Origin: Eledone cirrhosa | Lineage: Eukaryota | Length of the DNA: 64,000 nucleotides | Assembly: GCA_964016885.1 (NCBI GenBank) | Contig: OZ024740.1 | Span: forward strand, 32,426,001-32,490,000 | Reading direction: 5' to 3' | Shown here: piece by piece, positions 51,554 to 64,000 of the stretch | Layout of the letters: the number at the start of each line of letters is the position of its first letter | Position numbering within the stretch: the stretch's first letter is position 1 | Translations under genes and position numbers: made by a program | The notes under the pieces: model-generated | Seen by the model: only the letters and a program-made list of their open reading frames with translations | What the model was told of the DNA's origin: nothing | Databases searched by the model: none

Positions 51554-51979
51554 GTAAGTGCACAAGTTAAATTTAAAAAAAAATGTTATATCGCTTCTTT
51601 TTCAGTTATTTTTACTAAATGAGCTGACAGATATGTCGTTCAGATTATTATTCTGGTAGTGATAGTGCCACGATAAAATGAATCTAATGCATGCCATGAA
51701 ATAGTTGGCATTAGGAAGAGTATCCAGCCATAGAAACTGTGCCATAATGGAATGTATGAGCAAGAGTTGTCTGACATGCCTGCTTAGACACAAGTGTGAT
51801 AGTTCAACTTATACAAGCATGGAAAATAGACATAAAATGATGATGATGATTGTTAGTTTTTTTTGTTTTGTTTTTTTGGTATTAGGATGAGTTAAAATAA
51901 ATAAATTTTGATATTATCTCAAATGGATTTCAAATCATAGGCCTAGGTGTATATTACTCCGTGAGTGTATAGTATGATA

Positions 51980-52853
51980 CTAGTAGAATGGCCCGGCGTT
52001 GCTCGGGATTCTAAACATAGATTGGCATGTTTATCCCTCCTTTCTGAAACAGTACAGAGATATGGAATACCTCGGCCTGGGCATGGTGTCTACATGTTGT
52101 GCTTATAAAAAGAATTTGTTGTAGATTACCAGGGTTTTAACTTAGTTGGGTGCCTGAGAGTAAAATGTTCAACCCACGAAAGCCAAGATGATAGGGAGAG
52201 TTAAGTAGAAAGGCATTCAACAAACCGAACATGTATTTGTTGTGCTATGGTATAATGAAAGCAATACTTACAGAGCAGTAAGCATGTGGGACTGCAGTGG
52301 CAGAGAGCATGAAGGAATTTAGTTGGATACTTTTAAGGTTACAGGCCCTAACGCAACCAAAATGCTAAACAATGCGGTCTCCAGGCAAAAATTTGAAATC
52401 TTTTTCAGTCAAGAAAATTTGTGAAACATAAGTAATGTATATGCAAAGTTTAAAAAAAAAAATCGGTTGGGTACTTCTCGTGTTAGAGACCCTAACACAA
52501 CCAAAATGCTTTCAAAAATCGGTTTTTCGCCTCATGCAGTCCCTGGGGCAAAAAATGAGAAAATCTTTTTTGCTCAAAACACTTTAAATGACATAAGTAA
52601 TGCAAATTTTGAAGAAATCTCCTGGATTATTTTTCCATTATGCCTCAAAAAAGCCTTTAAAGCCTAAAATATGCAGCTTTTCGCCTAATGCGGTCCCTGG
52701 GACATTGAAAATTCGAAATATTTTTTGCTTGAAACACTCACACGACCATAAGTATTACATGTGTAAAGTTTGAAAAAAATCGGTTGGGTGGTTCTCGAGG
52801 TTTAGGGAAACAGACAGACAGACATTCTCTGTTTTATATATATAGAATATAGA
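51980..52853 (-). mobile_element. Non-autonomous Helitron (Lep1/HINE-like)
   Basis: Minus strand: A|TCTATA...(GTCT)n microsatellite near the 5' end, internal imperfect repeats, 3' hairpin CCCGAGCAACGCCGGG followed by CTAG|T. Confidence 0.8.
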
Positions 52854-53263
52854 TCTTGTGTTATGGTCTGATGAATTCAAACTCCACACCATGATTTGGT
52901 TGTAGATTTAGCAAAATAACAGCCAATGGAGGCTGTATGCTGTTAATATGTAATGCTTGGTGTATCACAGATACTGAAGAAAACTGGAAATTTCAGATCA
53001 GTTAACTGTTCTTTCTAAAAGCTGCTAAAGTTTATATTTTCATCATTAAATTTTAAGTCTTGCATAAACTTTTAAAAATGAAATTACATAGTGTCATGTA
53101 GCTATAAAATTTGTGGAAAGTATGTTATCAAGAAAGTTTAAGTTTAAAATTAATCAACTAACTTGGCTTTATATAGGTTATCCAATCCTAAAATAATTGA
53201 ATATATAGATTTTTTATTGTTTCTTTTGATGTAATATTTTACAATAATTTTCTTTTCTTTTAG

Positions 53264-53383
53264 ATACACTACTGCTACCAGTAGCTTGAACAATCGCTGT
53301 ATTCACTTAACTAATTACAGTATCAATAAAATGAATCCATCATACTTAAATAACATGGGAGACAATTTCACAGGCCATAAATG
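53264..53383 (+). CDS. TTLL4: TTLL4 coding exon 9
   Basis: YTTATSSLNNRCIHLTNYSINKMNPSYLNNMGDNFTGHKW; AG/GTTTGC. Confidence 0.93.
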
Positions 53384-53537
53384 GTTTGCATTATTTTTAT
53401 TTCTGTTTTTGTGTCTAATTAATTGGAACTACTGCTACTCATATTTATTTCTTGCAAATGTATATTGTGAAAATGTATTATTTAATTATTTAAAATAGTA
53501 CAAACATTATACCTGTATCTACATATATATAGATAAA

Positions 53538-53650
53538 GGTCTCCAGCCCATCTTAAGGGAAGAAGACATTGTGTATAAGTTACAGGCCTCCAGCCCATCT
53601 TAAGGGAAGAAGACATTGTATGTAAGATACAGACCTCCAGCCCATCTTAA
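53538..53650. repeat. 47-bp minisatellite (left part, TTAA-containing units)
   Basis: GGCCTCCAGCCCATCTTAAGGGAAGAAGACATTGTATGTAAGATACA x~2.4. Confidence 0.9.
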
Positions 53651-56128
53651 CCCTTTAGCATTCGCATTAATTTTCAAACGTCATGCTTTTCTGTTCGCAT
53701 TTATTTTGAGTTAATCATACTCAAGAGGGTTACCGATTTTTTTTTTTTTTTTTTTTGTTAAATTTTACTTTTATGGGCAGGTGAAATTAATTTACATGTG
53801 TAAAAGTAATTACTTTATGGATAAACACAAAAATTAAAACTTTATCTGACTTACCTGCTAGATTTGTTACAAAGAATATCCAACAATGACCTAGATGTTG
53901 ACTTCCAACAATTTTAGCACATTTCCGAACAGGTGAATTAATTTAAAATGCAGGTATAATCAGTACACGGTTTTAGTCTGTCTCTACATTTCATGCAAAT
54001 ATTTTCATTGAAAAAAATGTATAAAACTCTTTCACCAGTCAAAATAATATTGGCAATGTACTCTTACACAATGTACTGAGTAGATTTATATAACAGAATG
54101 TGCCCAATATATAAGTTCATTAACAGGTGTGACACAGGTGAATGCAGGTGTTTTTGTATCTAATGTGTTCCAATATATTTTGAAAATATTTTTTTCAATA
54201 TTGTCAGACAATATTTCTATCATTGGCCAAAACAGCCTTTATATAATGGCACTTTGCAAAAAGAACACATAAACGTGGTTTGAATTCCATAACCTTTAAC
54301 AGTTTTTCTCTTTTGCAAAGAGCACATTCAGCAAACCTTCCTCCCATTAATTTTCTCCACTTTGTGAAATCAATATTTTCCGTGTTTACCTCAGATAATT
54401 TTGACTTTCTCCCAGCTTTGTGTTTACGAGAAGAATATCCTCCACGTAGCTGAGAGGCAACGTCTACACAAAATTTCATGAGACAGTAGTCCTTTGGTGG
54501 TGGCAGATTCTTGTGCCTTTTAGTGAATACAATAAAAGAATTCACATTGGTTAAATTCACTAAAAACCACAAGATATATCTCCACCATTTCTTCCCAGGG
54601 CGTCCAACTGGGTAGTAGGTGCAATATTGGTCGGATTTGTCAACCCCACCCATATATTTATTATAGGAGAGGTTGACTAAAGGTTTACCTTCAGCCCCAA
54701 CTCCTGGTTGTTGGTTAGACGATAGGAATAAAATTTGCCGCTTGTCTTTATACAATGTGGCTAACAAGTTCCCTTTTTGCACTTGCAGAATGTCCCCTCT
54801 TTTTAAATTTTGTGACTTCGCGATTCCCCATTATTGTACCGCAGGTGTACGTATTTACGAGGGCAAGATCCTCTGCTAGACGCACTGAAGAAAAAAAACG
54901 ATCAAAATATATGTCTGTGTTGAGAGTGGAAGGGCTTAGTCAGAGACCACACAACATCGTACCCCAAGCCATATTTTCTCTCTCCGTTGTGTTTCTTTCC
55001 TGTGTAAACATCAAAGTTTACACAGTAGCCTGTGTCCGATTCACAGAGTTCCCACACCAGCCTGTGTCCGATTCCCAGAGTTCCCACACCTTGATGCCCC
55101 ATTTAATGGGTTTAGCTGGCATGTATTGTCTAAAATGAATCCTACCCTTATACCCAATCATCGCTTCATCAACACTAAGATTTTTCCCAGGTATATACAC
55201 TGTTTTAAATTTTTCCGAGAGCATTTTAATTACTGGTCGAACTTTATACAGAGGGTCATAATTCAAATCATTTCTACCGGGGGCATTTGAAGTATCCAGG
55301 TGCAAATATTGGTTTAATTTCAAATACCTTGTTTTTGCCATAATACTCGATATATAAGGGTTGCTAAACCTTATAACAGTGCTCCAGTAATTCCACAGTC
55401 TTGGAAATTGTTTTATACCAAACATAATGTTTATGGTAAAAAACGCTTGCATCTCCGCAGCATCTGTAGGTAGCCATAACTGATCGGGTTTTCTTCGATA
55501 TGAAATCTGCTGTTGGGCATATTGATTCGTCTCTTTTGCCACAACTTTGAAGAAAGTTTGTGGCAAAAACAAAAAGAGATAATCCAGTGCTTTAGCATCG
55601 GGAGCTAATGTGTGTTGTGGACCAGTATTTTCAACAAAATCGGGAACATGTATTGGTGTGGTATTTTTTTACCATGTTGCTGAAATATCTTCAATGGCGC
55701 CCTGGAGATCTGCTTCGCTTTCACTTTCAAAATAACAATCATCGTCGGACGAAATTTCAGAAATATAAACATCAGATTCATTTGAAGATAAATCACTAAT
55801 ATTATCTTTTGTTTCTTGTTTATTCTGAATGTCGTTGTGTGTAAAACCTTCAAAGTTGGTATCGCTATTTTCAGAAGCCATGTTGATACAAAAAAAAAAT
55901 CTGTTCTACTTTCAAAGTTAAAAAAACACTTGTTTTAACTTGTTTCACTATATTAAGTGTTAATTTTTGCGGTAAGGGCCTAATCTCGCAGTAGTCTCGA
56001 ATTGACAAGATTTTGATGATGGTTTGTTTATTTTTAGAACGATATTTTAGTGTGGGTGTTATCGACCGGTTTCGGGCGGTTTGAACAAATCAAGGGGAAA
56101 TAATTTCGGGCGGTTTGACACTAAAGGA
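53651..56128 (-). mobile_element. piggyBac transposon with disrupted PGBD4-like transposase (ATG ~55881 to ~54204)
   Basis: TTAA TSD (53647-53650, 56129-56132); ends CCCTTTAG / CTAAAGGA; catalytic motifs SVDEAM...YMPAKPIKWGIK, YFDRFF, YNKYMGGVDKSDQ; several frameshifts including a 32-bp duplication at ~55029-55090. Confidence 0.93.
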
Positions 56129-56477
56129 TTAAGGGAAGTAGACATTGTATGTAAGATACAGGCCTCCAGCCCATTTGAGTGGAAGTAGACATTGTATGTA
56201 AGATACAGGCCTCCAGCTCATTTGAGTGGAAGTAGACATTGTATGTAAGATACAGGCCTCCAGCCCATTTGAGTGGAAGTAGACATTGTATGTAAGATAC
56301 AGGCCTCCAGCCCATTTGAGTGGAAGTAGACATTGTATGTAAGATACAGGCCTCCAGCCCATTTGAGTGGAAGTAGACATTGTATGTAAGATACAGGCCT
56401 CCAGCCCATTTGAGTGGAAGTAGACATTGTATGTAAGATACAGGCCTTCAGCCCATTTGAGTGGAAGTAGACATTGT
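56129..56477. repeat. 47-bp minisatellite (right part, ~7 copies)
   Basis: GGAAGTAGACATTGTATGTAAGATACAGGCCTCCAGCCCATTTGAGT. Confidence 0.95.
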
Positions 56478-57598
56478 AGACATTGTACAAAGGAATTTAG
56501 GAATGGAGAACATATGTTTATAGCATTTGCACAAAGTAATGTTTTCATGGAATTATACATTTAGGAAAATAAATATTCCATTTCTCAATTTTATTTTTTT
56601 CTTCTCACAATGCTGCTATATTTAAGTGTGAGTGATACTATGAAATGTTTTAGTTAAATACAGCTGGAGTGAAATATAAGCATTATCTATTGGTTTTAGG
56701 TAATTAGTGTTCATTTCATTATTTTGTATAAGTACAGAATTACAGAAGGGTCACTTGGTCTTTCATCCTTTCGGAGTCAATAAAATAAATTACCAGTCAA
56801 GTACTGGGGTTGATGTAATTGACTTCCTCATCCACTCCATTTCTGGCCTTCTGCCTATGTTACCATTATTTTGTATAAGCAGCATGGAATTTAAAAAAAA
56901 TAAAAATTATAATTAGTTTACCTACTCGGGTTTCGAATGTTCACCCCACATCCACTTATTAAATTTTGATCATCTATCTCCAGTGGGTGGTATTAAGACA
57001 TTAAAAAACATATAGACAAAAAAGTACATTACAAGAAATCCCATATGTTATAAAGTAAATAGGGTGGGTTGGGGTCTTGATATGTAAACTAAACGACTAA
57101 TTCTGGTTTTTAAAAAGAATCAACAGAGACAACCTAGAAAAATTATCGACTTTCCAACGTCCTCTATTACTTGGAACCAAAATTACCTGCCATTTGACTG
57201 GTATGATGGTTTCTTTGTTGGTTTTGATAATGAATATTCACTCATTTGATCAACTGAATGTCCGTCTTGTAAATTTTCATGTAATTGAATAGTTTACCCA
57301 TAATATAGTCCTCATGTAGAATAAGGCTGGATCTTTGAATCATAGGTACAATTCACCTAATTTCACTGACATGACCTGGGTTGACGCTGCCAATGGTAAA
57401 GACAGTTGCCAAAGATGCAACACAGTAGTATCGAACCTGAGACCTCACGATTGTCATATGTACTTCTTTACTCAACCACGCCTGTCATATATGAGTAACA
57501 CTTTAGTTGAAATAAAATTTACTGGGTACTTGATTTCAGCTTCCTTCATGTGTTTCTCAACATCGTAGCTCCAGCTCATCTTTTTTCAGACATTATAT

Positions 57599-57709
57599 AA
57601 AATCCCGCCGGGGTTAATTTTGCCTTTCATCCTTACGGGGTCGATAAAATAAAGTACCAGTAATGTACTGGGAAATTGCTGGCCTTGTGCTAAAAGTAGA
57701 AACAATTAT
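57599..57709 (+). mobile_element. SINE family B (5'-truncated)
   Basis: Matches 10572-10680. Confidence 0.8.
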
Positions 57710-58249
57710 GTATATAGGACTACATTATCCAATAGCTCCGCACCTTCTTATTCTTTATTTTTAGATAGTGAGATGTGATTTGAACTGTTGTTTCTAAGTT
57801 TTATTATATTGTTGGAAATCCTTTTAGAGGTTTTCTTAATATAAGTGAGCTAACTAAACTTTAAAATATTAGTAAACTGAGTTACTTTTCCTAACTTGTA
57901 TTTTAACTCAGTTTATTGCAATGTGGAATTCTTATTTAATCACATGATCATACTTCTGGCAGGATTTTGAGGGGTTAACATGTTGAACTACTCTGTATGT
58001 CATAAGTTCAAATTCATCATAGAACACTTTACTTAATACTGCTTTAGTTTATTTAATTACTTCAGTTTCACACTAGACTCCACCTTTGTTATTGGACCAG
58101 GTTATGTGTTCCACATTAAACTCTTTTACACTCTCACACACACAACATCTACCATTAAGTGACCAAATGGGATTCTTAGTCTGTTTTATAGTTTAAATGT
58201 AAGATTTTGTTCTGTTTTTCATAAATATTTTAATATTTGTTGTTTTTAG

Positions 58250-58348
58250 GAGTTTAAAAGCTCTGTGGAGTTATTTGAAAAAGCAAGGGATTAATAGCCA
58301 ACCTATTTGGGAATCCATCAAAGATATAATAATAAAGACAATTGTAAG
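58250..58348 (+). CDS. TTLL4: TTLL4 coding exon 10
   Basis: SLKALWSYLKKQGINSQPIWESIKDIIIKTIVS; AG/GTATGT. Confidence 0.95.
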
Positions 58349-58697
58349 GTATGTTGAATTTGTATTTCTTTTTAAATTATCAATTTATAAAATCCTATTC
58401 GCTTTGCTCATTTATCTTGTATGATCCTAGAGATTTTTTTATATTTTGTGCTGATTAGAAAACATCTCTCATTCAAGAAATCTAATTATTTTGAATATTT
58501 TATATTTTAATGGTGAGTTGTTTTATTTTGATGGAATGTGAATATCAAGAATATTTAATGGTATTGATAAAATGGAATCTAACATAAATATTTGTAGATT
58601 TAAAGAGTTCATATGCAAAGATAAACAGTGAGAATTTAATGATACTCAAACCCATGTCTCCTTGTTGGATCCTCTTCAGTGTAATGATGATGATGAT

Positions 58698-58930
58698 GAT
58701 CATCATCATCATCATTTTACATCCGCTTTTCCCTGCTCGCAAGGGTGGGACGGTCCTATTCAGCATCTCTCCATTCGTCGCGGCCCTTTGTCATTTCCTC
58801 TGTGAGCTTCAGCGATTTGAGATCAGCTCTCACCACCTCCGTCGTGGTTTTCCTCTACTGCGTCTTCCTTCTACTGGGATTTCTAGGTACTTCACCCAGC
58901 TGTCATCCTCCATGCGCATCACATGTATCC
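58698..58930 (-). mobile_element. RTE LINE 3' fragment (RTE-B tail)
   Basis: Reverse complement of the 50925-51150 region with a (CAT)n tail. Confidence 0.85.
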
Positions 58931-59530
58931 TCAATAAAATCCTCTTCTAATACACAACATCTTTACACCAGTCTCTGTTAAATTTAAGGATTATTTCCTC
59001 TCCTGCACTCACCTCTAAAGGATTATGATCTTAGCATTTTTTTATTTTTGAACAATTTTAGATTTTGTGAACAATAGGGTCATTAGAGATTTCCTATGAA
59101 CCACTCACAAGTTCACTGTATTTATAGCAGCAAGATTGACAAGGGATTCTTTATGCACTAGAAAGTGTTTTTGTTTGAAAGTTCTACTTTATCAGTTTTC
59201 TCAATGATATAAATCAGTAAGAGATATACATACACATACATGTGATGGGTCTCTGCAGTTTTTGCCTACCAAATTCCACTCACTAAGCAATTGTCGACCT
59301 AAGGTTATTCAAGATGTGAAATAGGATTGAAATTCTTAACTACACAGCCATGCCTATTCTTGCATTTTTATTCCTACTTTTATTTTATATCTATATGATT
59401 TACTTAATTTAAAGATGTTAACATGAATGTGCTCTTTTATCTAAGGTTAACCAATTATGATTGAAATGTTTTATGCTATGTTTTATGATTTAAAATTTAA
59501 CTACTATTTTAACTATTATATTCATTCTAG

Positions 59531-59665
59531 TGGAGAAGCAGTTGTTTGCAATATGACAAGAGCCAACTTGAAATCACCTTATTCTGTTTATGAGTTATTT
59601 GGCTTTGATATTATCTTAGATGAGTTTTTGAAACCATGGCTGTTGGAAGTGAACATTTCACCAAG
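59531..59665 (+). CDS. TTLL4: TTLL4 coding exon 11 (catalytic ExN motif)
   Basis: GEAVVCNMTRANLKSPYSVYELFGFDIILDEFLKPWLLEVNISP; AG/GTAATT. Confidence 0.96.
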
Positions 59666-59854
59666 GTAATTTTTCGTTTTCATTTAGGATATTTTACACT
59701 AACTGATTTTTTATTAAAGCATCTTATGCCAGGATAAAAATCACCCAGTTTTCACCCTGTAAAATGATGAAAAAGGCACCTAGTCCACCCTGTTACATAG
59801 TTATGCTGTCGCCATGATGAAATACTCCCAGTACACATTGTGAAGTATTTGGCA

Positions 59855-60508
59855 TTGGGCGCTGTCTGTGGAAGACTTGCATAGATTAGAAAGAAACGAA
59901 GCCTGCATGCTCCGATGGATGTGTAATAGTAATATACGCGAACGGCAAAGCATAAATGAATTGAGAGAAAGACTGAGCATAAGAGGAATCAAATTCTGTG
60001 TGCAGGAGAGGTGGTTGCGTTGGTATGGACATGTGATACGTATGAAGGATGACAGCTGCATAAAAAGGTGCAGAGCACTAGAAGTGGATGGAAACCGTGG
60101 AGTGGGGAGACCCAAGAAGACCTGGGATGAGGTGATAAAAGCCGACCTTACCCAATTGCACCTCCCAAAGGTGATGGATGACACATGACCTTGACCTCTG
60201 GCGTCACGCAGTAATACAGAAGACCCGACCCCCCACGGGTACAAGCTGGAGCATATAGACAATATGCCCCCACGCCCTCCCACTGTAAAGTGGATGTGTA
60301 GGTGCCACAGCAAAAAAGCACCCAGCACTCACTGTAAATGAGGTTGGTGTTAGGAAGGGCATCCAGCTGTAGAAATCAAGCCAGAATCAGTTCCCGTATG
60401 AGCAAGACAAGGTCAGCCGACCTGACACTGCCCACAACAGGACAACCTGTCTAACCCATGCTAGCGTGGAAGAACAGATGTAAAACGGTGATGATGATGA
60501 TGATGATG
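59855..60508 (+). mobile_element. RTE LINE 3' fragment (RTE-A tail)
   Basis: LERNEACMLRWMCN...WYGHV...GRPKKTWDEV followed by a 3' UTR and (GAT)n. Confidence 0.9.
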
Positions 60509-61212
60509 AAGGGCATCCAGCTGTAGAAATGAAGCCAAACAAGAAATGTATGGACTAAACTTGGTCACCTGGACAGTCAATGCCTCAACGTAAAACAGTG
60601 ATAATATATTTATAATATATACAACACACTTTGGCACAGTCTTTACGAAATTCCACCACAAATTTGTTATAAATATAGATAATGATCATTGGGTGAAGAA
60701 GTGTGAAGAGTCATCTGTGGAAGGTAGCTGCAGTAGAGGAAGTCCAAGGAAGACTTGGGCAGAGGCGTTATGAGTGAATCTTAAAATGCTGAACTTCACA
60801 ACAGGAATGATGAAGGAGGCTGTATTGGAAGACACATGTGATCCATGGAAACATGAAAAAGCAGATATAAAAAGGATGGTGAGGGAGTGGTCAACCCTAG
60901 AGCTTCAATAGCAGACTCTTACCCAAGGTGCCATATAGTGGGATTGAACCTAGGCGTATATAGTTGCAAAGTAAGCTTGTTAACCACACAGTTATGACTG
61001 TGCCATATATGCTCCTAATTGCTAATGATATTTTCTGCAACATGTACTATATAAAAGTAAACTATACCATTTTCATAAATGATGGGAGAGATAGGTTCTT
61101 CCCTTCCTAGCGATATTGTATTATGTCTACCTAGCAAGTGACTATTTTAAACAACATACCTAGTGTCAGTTTGGAACAAATTTAGTTTTCATTGACTTTT
61201 GTAGCTTTGCAA

Positions 61213-62345
61213 ATCATCATCATACATCTGCCCTCCACATTGGCTTGGGTTGAACTCGTCACAGTCTGAGATTTAGACAGGTTGAAATGATCTGTATTGC
61301 TGCCAGCTAATAGGGTGTACTGAGTGTGCTTTTTTGTGGCAACAACACTCCCACTTTACAGAGTGCACTGGCTGCATTTTATTGTGGCCCCACCACTACC
61401 ACTTGACAGTGTACTAGGTACACGTTTTCACGGCCTCACCACAACCACTTTACAAAGTGTACTAGATGTGTGTTTGTGTGGTACCAACACTTACACTTTG
61501 GTGGATGTACTGAGTGTGCTTTTATTTGTGGCCCCATCACTACCACTTGACAGTTTACTATTTTCATGTTCTCATGGCCCCACCACTTACACTTTGCAGA
61601 GTGTACTGAGTGTGCTTTTTTTGTGGCACCACCACTACCACTTTACAAGTGACAGCAGCAGAGTTATCCAGACTGAAGGGTCCTCTCAAACTCTGTATTG
61701 TCTCCATTTGATCATCAACACTGTAGCCTCTGGTCTCACTACTTTTACCTTTAGTGTAGCAGTGCTTGTACAGGTGGGTGGGTCTTTTATATTATGGCAT
61801 ACTACCAGTTAACTTGGTCCTGTGTAATTTCTTGAGGTCATTATTCACAACTTTGTCCCATGTCTTTCTTGGTCTCCCTCTTCCACAGGTTCCATCCACT
61901 TCAAGCCTTTGGCTTTTTTTAAATACAAATCTCACTCTCCTTATGCATCACATGACCATACCAGTGCAAATGTCCATCTTGCACACTACATTCAATTCTT
62001 CTTATATTCAGTTTTTCTCTCAGCTCTGTTGTTCATGTTCACTAACATTATACAGCCAGCGGAGCAAGCATGCTTTATTTCTTTTTAGCCATCACAAATC
62101 TTCAGTACTCATATTTCATTACTATATAACTAAGCAATTTTGAACACAAGCATCATATAATCTACCCTTCTCTCTGAGAGAGAAGCCCTCTTTTACCAGC
62201 AAAGATAACAGCTTCCTGAATTGCTTCCAGTCTGTTCCCACTCTGGCTATAACACATTCGGTACATCCACCTCCACTTCTAGGTCAGCTAAGTAACAACA
62301 TTTACTACCACTCCCAGTGAGCCTCCTTAACATTTGAGTGGATGT
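61213..62345 (-). mobile_element. Degenerate RTE LINE 3' region with repetitive UTR
   Basis: Minus-strand remnants of GGGCT....ARV.T.WKQFR.LL, WYGHV, GRGRPRKTWD; repeated ACCACTTT.CAG.GTGTACTG units. Confidence 0.75.
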
Positions 62346-62594
62346 ATTTCTTGAATATCCTTACTATTTAATTTAATATTAATTTAGCTAAACACTACAA
62401 CACTAGTCAGCAATAGAATAATTATTTTTATATAATTTTTAATATTTTTAACCTAATTTGATGTCTATTTTTATTTGAAAGTAAATGAACTTTAATGATG
62501 TTACATGTATAAGCATAAATGATATTCAGAAAGAGATAAAGTTTGCAAAACAAGCTAAATAATTAACAAAAGTGTTATTTTCTTATTATTTCAG

Positions 62595-62726
62595 TTTGCA
62601 TTCCAATACCTCATTAGATGTGAGTATTAAAGAGCCAATGGTTTGTGATGTATTGAATGTTGCTGGGTTTCATTTACCTGCCAAAGATGATTTAGTTACC
62701 AACGTTGTCAACACTCACATGGAAAA
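62595..62726 (+). CDS. TTLL4: TTLL4 coding exon 12
   Basis: SLHSNTSLDVSIKEPMVCDVLNVAGFHLPAKDD matches TTLL4 SLHSSSPLDISIKGQMIRDLLNLAGFVLP; AG/GTAAGT. Confidence 0.95.
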
Positions 62727-62762
62727 GTAAGTGAGCTGATCATGAGTGTTGTATTTATTTAA

Positions 62763-63158
62763 CCCTTTAGCATTTGCACTACTTTATATATACTATTGTA
62801 TTTTTTTTTAAAAAGACTTTATCTTACAAAATATCTCACTTAATACCGAATCTATGAGATTTTGATATTATTTATTTTGAGATCACTTTAATGCCAGTAT
62901 GAGTAGCTGATTACAGCTGGTTTGAACAGAAAGAGGTGAGAGAATTCTGGCTGGATGTGGCCAGTTTAACCCTTTAGCATTTACATTACTCTATATATAC
63001 TATTATATTTTCATATGATATCGAACCCATGAGATTTTGATATTATTTATTTTGATAACAATACCTTAACATCAGTATGAACGGACAGTTGCAGCTGGTT
63101 TGAACAGAAAGAGGTGAGAGAGTTCTGACCAGGTATGGCTGGTTTAAATGCGAAAGGG
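62763..63158 (+). mobile_element. Tandem/nested pair of piggyBac-type MITEs
   Basis: TTAA|CCCTTTAGCATT at 62763 and 62970; single right end ATGCGAAAGGG|TTAA at 63158. Confidence 0.85.
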
Positions 63159-63936
63159 TTAAAAAACAAACAAAACAATTATTATTGTTATCATCATTGA
63201 TAGTGCTTTACACGTTTTAGGTCTATATTTCATTCCTGGCAAATTTGACTTAGCTTTTCTTCTCTCAGGACTTGATGAAAGCTTCTAGTTTTGGGCAGCA
63301 ATAAGTTTTCAGCAAATTCTGTCTGTCCTTACTATTTTAACACCATTAACATGACAATTTTTCCATTTCAATTCTATTTCTAATTTCAATACTCAGTATC
63401 TATTCATAAAACCTTATTTGTATCCAACAGTAATTTAATTTGCAGCTAAGTTTTAGTGTAGTGGCTATATTCTTAAAAAAAAATTTTTTGTATTATTTTG
63501 TTTTGTGTGTGTACATCCTATTATATCACCCTACCTCTCCCCTAATGACTTTATAACGAAGGATTGCATCAGGTCTATTGCTATTTGATACACCCTACAA
63601 CCACCCTTCTCTATTGCTAGCTATCTCACCATCTGCCCAAAGTTATTTGTTATCATGCATCACTCTCTCTTGCCATTGTTCATCTGTTCTGTGCTTGAAA
63701 TCACTAAACATTGATTCTGACACATTGTATGATATGGACTACATAGTAAGCATGGTGGCTGACTGTGTCTCTCTAGTCTGCTAAAAGATGGAATCTTCCT
63801 GACATTGTGGAAAATTGGTTCACCTCATGGTTTTAGGTGAATATTGGGTATATTTTAATGCACAATCTTAGTCTTCTTTTTTGGAAGACATCTGGATATA
63901 TTCTGTCATTGGGTTTATCAATAGTGATATGATTAA

Positions 63937-64000
63937 CCCTTTAACATTCACATTGAATTGTCAAATGTCATGTTCATCTATTCGCATTATTTTCACTTAA
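63937..64000. mobile_element. Terminus of another piggyBac-family element
   Basis: TTAA|CCCTTTAACATTCACATT...TCAAATGTCATG...TTCGCATT aligns with the piggyBac end at 53651-53710. Confidence 0.75.

Larger units (their letters stand above)
28300..62726 (+). other. TTLL4: TTLL4 tubulin glutamylase gene body (12 coding exons; 3' end beyond window)
   Basis: Exons join in frame with GT-AG introns; the product matches TTLL4 motifs SLFxNVPPTIxF, LNHFPGSFQIGRKD, WIxKPPASARG, KFDxRxY, HLTNYS, ELFGFD, WxLEVNISPSLH. Confidence 0.93.

Noticed and set aside
54204-55881. Domesticated PGBD gene or TTLL4-PGBD fusion exon
   Set aside because: Multiple frameshifts and stops, antisense to TTLL4, and still bounded by TIRs and a TTAA TSD.

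Overview
AT-rich, intron-rich animal genomic DNA. The SINE/LINE complement resembles octopus/cephalopod; this is an inference. Two protein-coding genes lie on the + strand. The first is the last two exons of KDM6A/UTX (H3K27 demethylase zinc-binding C-terminus, 2541-4119), with a Gln/Ser/Thr-rich tail. The second is the 5' two-thirds of TTLL4 (tubulin glutamylase): a candidate E2F/CCAAT promoter and non-coding exon at ~22.4-22.5 kb, then 12 phase-consistent GT-AG coding exons from 28300 to 62726, continuing past the window. Introns and the intergenic region are full of transposons. These include many RTE-clade LINE copies (two retaining a PHD-type C4HC3 finger inside the reverse transcriptase), a CR1-like LINE with a TSD, a Vingi-like fragment, two tRNA-derived SINE families, a decayed TTAA-flanked piggyBac with MITEs, non-autonomous Helitrons, a hAT MITE and a maT/Tc1 remnant. 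There is also a 5-kb 32-bp satellite and several minisatellites. Most notable observations: the PHD finger embedded in the RTE RT, SINEs with swapped RTE-derived 3' tails, an AUGA-overlapping uORF (or 1-nt indel) at the TTLL4 start, a foldback palindrome, and inverted SINEs inside the TTLL4 pre-mRNA. All calls come from reading the sequence; no searches were run.
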